Shown here piece after piece: positions 17,605 to 26,889 of a stretch of 64,000 nt of DNA. The DNA lies in assembly GCA_910588155.1 (NCBI GenBank), contig CAJUPB010000012.1:2046-66045 (forward strand). The letters are read 5' to 3'. This stretch comes from an uncultured Christensenellaceae bacterium (lineage in GTDB: Bacteria > Bacillota > Clostridia > Christensenellales > Pumilibacteraceae). The translations under genes and the position numbers were made by a program. A model generated the notes under the pieces. The model was not told the origin of the DNA. It was given only the letters and a program-made list of their open reading frames with translations, and did no database searches. Numbering within the stretch: the first letter of the stretch is position 1; every line of letters starts with the position of its first letter.

Positions 17605-19005
17605 ATGTACGAAGTCGGCGCTCTCTTTTGGTACAGACTTGTTTTTTTGACGGAGATTCTCATTGCGGAAGCTCTGATAGTCTACCGTTTGAAACGCCGT
17701 TCTCTTTTTTGGCTGCGTCTGCCTTTGGCTGTTTTAGGCACTTATGCGCTGGCATTTGCCGTGCCCGTTTTGGAAGGCGCGTTTTTAAGTTCGGTTATGT
17801 ATCTTGCGCTGTTTGTCATAACGATTTGCGCAATGAAAATATTGTTTGACGAAAGACTCATAAAGATAGTTTTTTGCGGCGTGGCGGCGTATACTTTACA
17901 GCATATCGCATACGAATTGTTCAATCTTTCCGCCGTGCTTATGGGTATTGCGAATGTTTCAAACGTGCAGGGAAGCGGAACTTTCGATTTTGTTACCATT
18001 CCCAACAGCGACGGGGAAATGTTTGTCAGCGGAAACCCGTTTACGATTATGGTCTATCTCTTTATATGGGGTATGACTTATTTCTTCGGGTATTTGTTTA
18101 TCAAAAAGCGTTTGGGCGACAGGAAAGATTTTGCCGAGGACAATAAAAAGATGTTTTTTCTTGCCGCCTTAATTTTGTTTTTCGACGTTATAATAAGCTC
18201 CATAATCGCGTGGTACAGCCGCAAAGATTTTAACAGAATGTATGTGCTGTTTCTCGATTTGTTCAATATCTTTTGCTGCATATTCGCGCTGTACTTGCAG
18301 TTCGACGTCGACGACAGGGGAAAACTTCAAAACGACCTGTCTGTTATAAAACGTCTGTGGGAGGAAAAAGAGGAGCAGTACAAGGTGAGTAAATCGAACA
18401 TCGAACTGATAAACCTGAAATGTCACGATTTAAAGCATCAGATACGCTCGATTGGCGAAAGCGGCTCTTTGGACAAAAACGTCGTCAAAGAAATCGAAGA
18501 CGTCATATCCATTTACGATTCGTCGGTCAAAACGGGCAACGAGCCGCTGGACATTATTTTGACGGAGAAAAGTTTGTATTGCAGCCGTCACGGAGTCAAA
18601 CTCTGCTGTATAATCGACGGCAAGAAGCTGGCGTTTATGTCGCAAGCCGATTTATATGCCCTGTTCGGAAATATCATAGACAACGCAATCGAAGCAGTCG
18701 AACCGCTCGACGAGGGCAAAAAGACGATAAGCCTTTCCATAAAGGAAGTCAGCGGATTTCTCACGATAAACATACATAATTATTACAACGGAGAAATTGC
18801 GTTTGAGAACAAGTTGCCGAAGACGACGAAAGGCGACAGCGCATATCACGGCTACGGGATGAAGAGCGTAAGACTTTTGTGCGACAAGTACGGCGGCGAA
18901 ATGTCGATAAAGACGGAAAATCAGGTGTTCAATCTGAATATCGTGTTTCCGAAAACGGTTTACGCTCGTAAATCGACGGATAACGAAATAGCTATTGAAA
19001 AATAA
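17605..19005 (+). CDS. Membrane sensor histidine kinase, AgrC/HPK10-like GHKL type
   Basis: There are 5-6 predicted N-terminal TM helices. The H-box is LKCHDLKHQIRSI, the N-box is LFGNIIDNAIEA, and the G-box is HGYGMKSV. The gene starts 2 nt after the regulator gene. Confidence 0.82.
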   Translation: MYEVGALFWYRLVFLTEILIAEALIVYRLKRRSLFWLRLPLAVLGTYALAFAVPVLEGAFLSSVMYLALFVITICAMKILFDERLIKIVFCGVAAYTLQHIAYELFNLSAVLMGIANVSNVQGSGTFDFVTIPNSDGEMFVSGNPFTIMVYLFIWGMTYFFGYLFIKKRLGDRKDFAEDNKKMFFLAALILFFDVIISSIIAWYSRKDFNRMYVLFLDLFNIFCCIFALYLQFDVDDRGKLQNDLSVIKRLWEEKEEQYKVSKSNIELINLKCHDLKHQIRSIGESGSLDKNVVKEIEDVISIYDSSVKTGNEPLDIILTEKSLYCSRHGVKLCCIIDGKKLAFMSQADLYALFGNIIDNAIEAVEPLDEGKKTISLSIKEVSGFLTINIHNYYNGEIAFENKLPKTTKGDSAYHGYGMKSVRLLCDKYGGEMSIKTENQVFNLNIVFPKTVYARKSTDNEIAIEK

Positions 19006-19106
19006 AAATCAGCGTTTATAATTACGGTGTAACCGAAAATCAACGGTTATGCCGTTTTTATGTACATAATTGCGGGATAACATCGATAAAGGAAGGAGGA
19101 TTTTGT

Positions 19107-21052
19107 ATGAAAAGAAGAAAGTGGGTCTGCGCGCTGACGGCGTTTGCACTCGTCTGTGTGCTCGCTTTGGCGGCGTGCGGCGGAAAAAATTCGCCGCCGC
19201 CCGATGTCCCCCCCCCCCGAAAGTAACGGAGGGCGACGTTTGCATCGATTTGGAGATAGCCAAAAATCCGACGAGGACGGAATATAAGAGCGGCGAGAAA
19301 TTTTCTCCCGCGGGTCTTGTATTCAACGCCGTATATCAAAACGGCTTCGACGGCGACAAGAATCTTACGGGCGGAGATTTGGACGGATGGTCTCCTCGCG
19401 GAGCGTTGGACAGCAGCGTCAAAGAAATTGCGCTTTTGTTCGAGGGCTTCGAGAAAAAGCTGCCGATTACGGTTTCCGACAAAGTACTGCTCGGCGTGGA
19501 AATAACGCGCGAGCCCGATATAACTTCGTATTCTCTCGGCGACCCGCTTGATTTGAGCGGACTTGTTATGAAAGCGTCGTACGAAGAGGGCGACGTGGAC
19601 AATGAAGTCGGATATACTATAACCGACAAAGACGGAAAAGAATACGTGCAGGGTACGATTTTGGATGAGGCTGTCAAAGATTTGACCCTGACGTTGACGC
19701 TTACCGTCGGCGAAGTTACCAAAACCGATACTTTTGTCATTCACGTATACGGCGGCATAACCGTTCAGGCGGAAGACGTCGTAAAAAGCGGCGACACCGC
19801 TCCTACGGATGCAAGCTATACGGTGATTAAAGGCAAGGGCGAATTGAAAACCGATTGCACTTGGACGGGGACAGGGTATATCGGAAGCATAGAAAAAGGC
19901 TTTGAAATAGAATTCTACATCTATTCGGAGGGAGAAATCGCAAATGCCGATTTGGTGCTTTTGGCGGCGTCTACGGTGCAGGATGTTCCGAATAACACTA
20001 TGCTCGATATGCAATTCAACAGATTCTGCAAAGTGTATATAGGAGAGGAGAATGAAGAGGTTTACATTGACGACGATGTAGTTATCCCCGGCAAACCGTT
20101 CCCCGAAGCAAATAGCGGAGGAAACAAGTGGACGAATTGGGCGGACGTGCCGTTCGGAAAGATTGACATAAAGAGAGGCTTCAATAAAGTCAGGGTCGTT
20201 TGTATAGGCGGTATCCCCGACAGCAGCAGTTATCCGAGAACGCCGAATATCGACAGGCTTGACGTCAGACTTTCCGACGACGACCCCGACGAGGTGACTC
20301 GCGGCGACGTTTGCACGGACATTACGATAAAGACTGCGCCGACAAAGCTTGCATATAAAGAGGGCGAATATTTCTCCGCGGACGGCATCGTATTCGACGC
20401 AGTTTACAAAAACGGTTACGGCGGAGACGTGAACCTCGGCGCAAACCGCTTGACTTGGACGCCTGCGGGAGAACTTACGAAAGACGATACTTTCGTAATA
20501 CTGAAATTCAAGAACTTTGAAAAGAAAATAGACATTACGGTGCGCGAAACGCAGCTGATAACCGTGGAAGCCGAGGCTACCTTGGCGAGCGGAGCGACAA
20601 CGCCGACAAACGAGAGCTATACGGTTATTTCCGGCAAGTACAAGAAGGAAGACGGAAAAGGTCTGAACGGCAGCGCCAGCATAAGCGACGTAAGCGTCGG
20701 AACAAAAATCGAGTTTTACGTTTACAGCGAGCAGACGGTGGAAAATGCCGAATTGATTTTGACGGCGGCATCTTTGAAGCGCGGCAGCGGCTTTACCGAA
20801 GATTTGAAATTCAATCAACTGTTCAAACTTACGGTGGACGATGCGGAGGTGACGATACCGGACGACGTATTGATAAAGGGTAAAACGCAAGGTTCCGGCG
20901 AGAGTATATGGTTCTTGTGGACCAAAAACCTGTTATCCGAAATCGGTTTGAAACAGGGCTTTACCAAAATCGGCATCGAATGTATTGCCACGATAAACGA
21001 CGGCGGAATTCAACGCGCGGCAAATATCGACAAGATTGAGATACGCTATTAA
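19107..21052 (+). pseudogene. Lipoprotein with Big_3-like Ig domains and two CBM-like beta-sandwich modules, frameshifted in a C11 tract (phase-variable candidate or homopolymer sequencing error)
   Basis: GGAAGGAGGA lies before the ATG at 19107. MKRRKWVCALTAFALVCVLALAAC-GG is a lipoprotein signal and this frame stops at 19224-19226. The 610-aa body continues from the C tract in the -1 frame (PPPPKVTEGD...). Repeats have the form EYKSGEKFSPAGLVFNAVYQNG. The CBM-like modules end in NIDRLDV and NIDKIEI. Confidence 0.75.
19208..19218 (+). repeat. Homopolymeric C11 tract
   Basis: Eleven consecutive C, counted directly (gtCCC CCCCCCCC ga). A tract of 12 or 9 C would fuse the signal peptide to the body. 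Confidence 0.95.
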
Positions 21053-21064
21053 AGGAGACAGTAA

Positions 21065-24000
21065 ATGGAAAATAAAACGAAGAAAAAATTATTGCTCAAA
21101 CCTTCTCAAATAGTTATTATCATTGTCACGGTTATAGTGACCGCGATTATGATAACGGCAGACTGTTTCGCGTCGAAGTATGCGCCCATAATATCGACTT
21201 TCCTCGGTTGTACAGAACAGTTGGAGGGCGACACTTCCAAGGTCGAGGAAGGCGCAAAGAGCGGCGACGAGGTGGTCAGAAAGTTGGCGGACGACGGCGT
21301 GGTGCTTATGAAAAACGCGCCGCACGCAAGCGGAGGCAACACGCTTCCTCTCCCTGCGTCGCAGAAGAATATAAACGTATTCGGCTGGTACGCCACGGAT
21401 GCGGGATTCCTGCTTGCGGGCAACGGTTCGGGACGCTCTTATGTTCACCCCGACAATAAAGTGACATTTTTGCAAGCGCTTAAAGCCGGCGGTTTCAATT
21501 ATAACGACGAAATAATCAAGATATACGAAAAACACCGCACGACCGAAGATGCGGATTGGGGCGAAAGTGCGAATTGGAACAACCGATACAACACCAAGCT
21601 CAAAGAACCGCAGACGGCAACGGCGTTTCCCGCAGACGTCGTGACTCGGGCAAAAGAGTTTTCCGACACGGCGGTCGTGGTGCTGTCGCGTTACAGCGGC
21701 GAATACATCGGGCGCATAAGCTCGACGCAAAAGAAGTCGGGACTGCCGGAAGATACGACGCGTTCGGTAAGCGAAATAAGCACGGAAGAAGAAACGTTGA
21801 TTAAGATGTGCACGTCGAATTTCGACCGAGTCATCGTGATTTTCAATACGGGTTCGATAATGGATATGACGTTCATAGACGACGAGGAGAATTTCGGAAA
21901 GATAGGCGCGGCGATGAACGTCGGGTATATGGGACAGTCGGGCGCGACGGCGATTCCGAAGATTCTTTCGGGCGAAATCAGTCCGAGCGGCAAACTTGCC
22001 GACACTGTGCTTTACGACCCCGACGTCAACGAGATTTCCCGCGTCAACGGCGAATCGAAAGACATAGTTTATGCCGAAGACATATATGTCGGTTACAAAT
22101 TCTACGAAACTGCCGACAAAGAAGGCTATTTCAAAGACAAAACCAAATTCGGAAAGACGGGATATGACGCAGTGGTGCAATATCCTTTCGGTCACGGACT
22201 GTCCTATACGACGTTTGATTGGGAAATCGAATCCGTGAGTTTGCCCGACGGCGAAGAACTTACGAAGGAGACCGAAATCGAGCTGAAAGTCAAAGTGACC
22301 AACAGCGGCAATAAAGAGGGCAAGGACGTCGTTCAGCTTTACTATACTGCGCCTTATATAAAAGGCGGCATAGAGAAGTCTGCCGTAAATCTTTTGGACT
22401 TTGCCAAAACAAAGTCTTTGAAGCCGCAGGAATCGGATGTCGTAACGTTTACGTTTACGCCGTACGAAATGGCGAGCTACGACTGCTATGACAAGAACGG
22501 AACAGAGACTACGGGTTGGGAGCTTGATATCGGCAAATACGAAATCAAACTTATGACCGATTCGCATCATCTGAAACCGATGGAACAAAACACGCTGACA
22601 TACGAGATTAAAGATTTCGTATTGCGTTACCGCAAAGACCCCGTCAGCAACGGAAGAATCAGAAACCGTTTTACGGGAGAATTGGCGTACGGAGAGTGTG
22701 CCTTGGACGGCTCTACGCTCGGAGTGGATTGGAAATATCTTTCGAGAGGAGATATTGCGGGAACCGTTCCGAAAGAGAGATGCAAAGGGCTTTCCGACAA
22801 GACGGTTGCGCCTTATGCGAACTATCAATACGACCTTTACGATTATACGCAAAAGCCCGTTATGGGTCGTGACGGAGGTTTGAGGTTGGTCACGAAGGAA
22901 GACGGCAGTACGGCTTCCGAAGACGAACTGACGGGCAAGAAAGAAGCTTCGCTGAAATATAACGAAGAATTGATTTTCAAGCTCGGACAGAAAGAGAATT
23001 GGAATGCGCCCGAATGGGATACGCTTCTGAATCAATTGACGGAAGAAGATTTGAGAACCATTGTCGAAGACGGCGGATACGGTACGCGTGCGGCGGCAAG
23101 CATAGGCAAACTGATTTGGTGGGACTACGACGGTCCGTCGGGATTCAACAGAACCAACCTTTCCCCTAACGTGGAAGGCTCCAAAATGACGGCATTGCCC
23201 GCCGAAAACCTCGTTGCGCAGACTTGGAGCAAGCAGCTTGTGTATCAGTCGGGACAAATCATCGGTATAGACGGTCAGAATTTCGGTATATCGGGCATAT
23301 ACGCGCCCTGTATCAATCTTCACCGCGAAATGCTGAACGGCAGAAATTACGAATGTTACAGCGAAGACCCGATTTTGAGCGGCTACCTTGCGGCGAATTT
23401 TGTTCGCGGAGCAAAGTCTAACGGCGTGTATTCGTTCCTGAAACATCTTGCTCTGTACGATTCTTCGCCCTACACCGACAAACGCGTTTGGTGCACGGAA
23501 CAGAATTTCCGCGAGAACTATTTGAAACCTTTCGAGATTGCCATAAAGAAAGGCGAGGCAATCGGCGCAATGGTGTCTTTCAACAAGATAGGCGCTACTT
23601 GGGCGGGTGCCAATCAGGCTATGATAGACGGAGTGCTTCGCACGGAGTTCGGTTTCAAGGGCATAATAGTGACCGACTACGACGACGGCGGAGATTCCAA
23701 TATGAAGCTTCGCGCGGGAATAAGAGCGGGCGTGAACACCCAGCTCAATCCGCTTTACGGCAAAGCGGGTACGCACGGCCGTTTGAATATGAACGATGCC
23801 GTCGACGTGAATCTCGCGAGAGAATCGGCAAAACAGATAATCTATGCGTCTTGCAATACCTATTACTTTGCAAAGAACAATACCGACAAAAACGAGTATT
23901 CTACGGAAATATCGGGACCGCGTGTTTTGAAAAAGAGTTTCGAATGGTGGATACCCGTCGTCATAGTCATAAACATTGCGGTATTCGGTGTGCTTGTGTG

Positions 24001-24313
24001 GCGCGGACTCGTCGCGTTTTTGCCGAAACGAAAGGCAGTTGCGGCAGGGGTAGGCGAAACGGAGGCGGAAGTCTCCGACGGCGGCGGAAAGAGCAGAAAA
24101 GGTTTCTTCGATATATTCAAGAGAAAGAAGAAGAACGCAGAGCAGGATACGTTCGAAGTGGTCGGCGGCGACGGCGTCGTGAAGTCTGTTTCCGCAGACG
24201 GCGAACGCATAAGGCAGTTGGAAACCGAAAATGCGGAGTTGAAACGAGCGGTCGAAGAATTGACGGAAAAACTTGCGGCATTCGAAGCCGAGCGGCCGAA
24301 GAAAAAGAAATAA
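21065..24313 (+). CDS. Glycoside hydrolase family 3, domain-permuted, TM helices at both ends, C-terminal coiled-coil tail
   Basis: N-terminal TM IVIIIVTVIVTAIMI. GH3 C-domain-type motifs come first (VVLMKNAP..LPL, SRYSGEYIG, PFGHGLSYT plus Fn3-like). TIM-barrel motifs follow (YECYSEDPILSG, KHLALYDSSPYTDKR, GIIVTDYDD). A second TM is WWIPVVIVINIAVFGVLVW. The tail reads ERIRQLETENAELKRAVEELTEKLAAFEAERPKKKK. Confidence 0.88.
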   Translation: MENKTKKKLLLKPSQIVIIIVTVIVTAIMITADCFASKYAPIISTFLGCTEQLEGDTSKVEEGAKSGDEVVRKLADDGVVLMKNAPHASGGNTLPLPASQKNINVFGWYATDAGFLLAGNGSGRSYVHPDNKVTFLQALKAGGFNYNDEIIKIYEKHRTTEDADWGESANWNNRYNTKLKEPQTATAFPADVVTRAKEFSDTAVVVLSRYSGEYIGRISSTQKKSGLPEDTTRSVSEISTEEETLIKMCTSNFDRVIVIFNTGSIMDMTFIDDEENFGKIGAAMNVGYMGQSGATAIPKILSGEISPSGKLADTVLYDPDVNEISRVNGESKDIVYAEDIYVGYKFYETADKEGYFKDKTKFGKTGYDAVVQYPFGHGLSYTTFDWEIESVSLPDGEELTKETEIELKVKVTNSGNKEGKDVVQLYYTAPYIKGGIEKSAVNLLDFAKTKSLKPQESDVVTFTFTPYEMASYDCYDKNGTETTGWELDIGKYEIKLMTDSHHLKPMEQNTLTYEIKDFVLRYRKDPVSNGRIRNRFTGELAYGECALDGSTLGVDWKYLSRGDIAGTVPKERCKGLSDKTVAPYANYQYDLYDYTQKPVMGRDGGLRLVTKEDGSTASEDELTGKKEASLKYNEELIFKLGQKENWNAPEWDTLLNQLTEEDLRTIVEDGGYGTRAAASIGKLIWWDYDGPSGFNRTNLSPNVEGSKMTALPAENLVAQTWSKQLVYQSGQIIGIDGQNFGISGIYAPCINLHREMLNGRNYECYSEDPILSGYLAANFVRGAKSNGVYSFLKHLALYDSSPYTDKRVWCTEQNFRENYLKPFEIAIKKGEAIGAMVSFNKIGATWAGANQAMIDGVLRTEFGFKGIIVTDYDDGGDSNMKLRAGIRAGVNTQLNPLYGKAGTHGRLNMNDAVDVNLARESAKQIIYASCNTYYFAKNNTDKNEYSTEISGPRVLKKSFEWWIPVVIVINIAVFGVLVWRGLVAFLPKRKAVAAGVGETEAEVSDGGGKSRKGFFDIFKRKKKNAEQDTFEVVGGDGVVKSVSADGERIRQLETENAELKRAVEELTEKLAAFEAERPKKKK

Positions 24314-24324
24314 TGCAGGCAAAC

Positions 24325-24357
24325 AAAAACGGCAGGTCAAGCGACCCGCCGTTTTTT
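24325..24357. terminator. Bidirectional terminator between the convergent GH3 and ilvC genes
   Basis: The stem is ACGGCAGGTC/GACCCGCCGT (1 mismatch), flanked by an A-run and a T-run. Confidence 0.75.
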
Positions 24358-24367
24358 CTATATGAGT

Positions 24368-25390
<1,023 letters not shown>

Positions 25391-25438
25391 TTAAAATAAT
25401 TACGGTTTGTTTAACGCTTTAACACGCTATTGTATTCA

Positions 25439-25467
25439 ATTATACATTTCGCGGCGAGGTTTGTCAA
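25439..25467 (-). promoter_or_regulatory. Consensus sigma-A promoter for ilvC
   Basis: On the minus strand: TTGACA, a 17-nt spacer, then TATAAT. It sits back-to-back with the + strand promoter. Confidence 0.6.
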
Positions 25468-25472
25468 ATTTA

Positions 25473-25501
25473 TTGACGGGTTAATGCCGTTTTGATATAA
25501 T
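25473..25501 (+). promoter_or_regulatory. Sigma-A promoter for the DUF815-type ATPase gene
   Basis: TTGACG, a 17-nt spacer, then TATAAT. AAAGGAGG sits before the ATG at 25536. Confidence 0.6.
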
Positions 25502-25535
25502 TGTTTTTGTTATTAAAAAAAGGAGGCTTGCTAAA

Positions 25536-26744
25536 ATGACGTTTGAGCAAACGGATATTGCGGTACGGTCTTTGGCGATATTTTCAAAATTAAGAAACGA
25601 CGTCGGAGTGAGTGCACTGACGAAAATGATGCGGCTTCCGAAAAAAGAAGAATTCGCCGAATTATGGGCAACATATTACAACGCTTTGGCGGAAACCGCC
25701 TGCGAAAAAAACTGTGCGGAATATTTTCGCCGTCTTGTCGCGGCAGACGACAATGTGTTTGCGCGAAGAGTTGCGGCGGGCGAAAGCTTCGAGAGCTTGA
25801 AGGACAGGGCGGAATGCGAGTTGAGAATCATTGAAGAGCTTGCGTCGGTAGTTCCCGACGATTTCAAAATCGCGTATGCGGATATTTATGAAAACTTTGC
25901 AAAATGGGAACGGGGAGAAAGCAAAATTCCCGATGTTGCGGAGCTTGTCGAAACGGTGAAGAAAAACGGATACGGAATTGTTTCGAAATCCGTTGCGTAC
26001 AGATTCGAAAAGGAAAGACTTATACCTATTGTCGGGATAAGCGAAATTCGTTTGAACGACTTGAAATTGTATGAAGATTGCAAAAAAGCCGTTGCGGACA
26101 ATACGTTGGATTTTCTGGACGGTTTGCCTGCGAACAACGTGCTTCTATACGGAGACAGAGGGTCGGGCAAGTCGAGCACCGTGCACGCTGTTTTTAACGA
26201 GTACCAAGACAGAGGGCTGCGGCTTGTGGAGTTAAACAAAGCCGCTATAAAAGATTTTCCCGTGCTTTTCGATATGATAAGAAAATTTAAAATTTTCAAG
26301 TTTGTCGTTTTTATCGACGATTTGACTTTCGTCGACGGAACGGATGATTTTTCCGAACTCAAAGCGGCGTTGGAAGGGTCGGTCTGCCGTCCGGAAAACG
26401 CATTGATATATGCTACGACCAATCGTCGTCATTTGGTGCGCGAAAGTTTTGAGGCGAGGCAAAACGACGTTCATATAAACGACACTTTGCAAGAGCAGGC
26501 GTCGCTGTCCGACAGATTCGGATTGGTCGTAACATTTTTGAGTCCCGACCGCAAAGATTTTTGCGAGATTTTAAAGCGCATACTCGCCGACAGAGGTATA
26601 GAAATGCAAATTACGGAAATCGAATCGATTGCCGAGCGTTACGCCTTGAAAAAGGGCGGAAGAAGCGGCAGAGCGGCAAAGCAACTTGCCGATATGATAG
26701 AGAGCCGCATAAGACGGGGTTTGCCGCCGAGCCAATCGGTGTGA
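25536..26744 (+). CDS. AAA-type ATPase of the DUF815 family
   Basis: Walker A LLYGDRGSGKSSTV, Walker B-like FVVFIDDLTF. The size and layout are typical of DUF815 proteins. Confidence 0.7.
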   Translation: MTFEQTDIAVRSLAIFSKLRNDVGVSALTKMMRLPKKEEFAELWATYYNALAETACEKNCAEYFRRLVAADDNVFARRVAAGESFESLKDRAECELRIIEELASVVPDDFKIAYADIYENFAKWERGESKIPDVAELVETVKKNGYGIVSKSVAYRFEKERLIPIVGISEIRLNDLKLYEDCKKAVADNTLDFLDGLPANNVLLYGDRGSGKSSTVHAVFNEYQDRGLRLVELNKAAIKDFPVLFDMIRKFKIFKFVVFIDDLTFVDGTDDFSELKAALEGSVCRPENALIYATTNRRHLVRESFEARQNDVHINDTLQEQASLSDRFGLVVTFLSPDRKDFCEILKRILADRGIEMQITEIESIAERYALKKGGRSGRAAKQLADMIESRIRRGLPPSQSV

Positions 26745-26889
26745 TTGTGAAAAATGTCAAAACCCCCTAAAAACAGTTGCCGATTTGACTTTTTTACGTT
26801 ATAATTATATCGGTGGAGATTGAGGCGATTGGAAATTGCCTGTTCCGCTCAAATAATACCGAAATTACATTTTTGGAGGGTACATAACT

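Noticed and set aside
19070-19207. The ORF-track start at 19070 (MRDNIDKGRRILYEKKK...) for the Ig/CBM protein.
   Set aside because: This N-terminus has no SD and no signal peptide and reads through the real SD/ATG at 19107 in another frame. The lipoprotein signal in the neighbouring frame plus the C11 tract is the better explanation.
21089-24340. A 1,083-aa ORF on the minus strand spanning the whole GH3 gene.
   Set aside because: It is in codon register with the + strand gene, which has clear GH3 motifs. The translation is low-complexity (R/F/V-rich) with no motifs. It is a shadow ORF caused by the absence of TTA/CTA/TCA sense codons.
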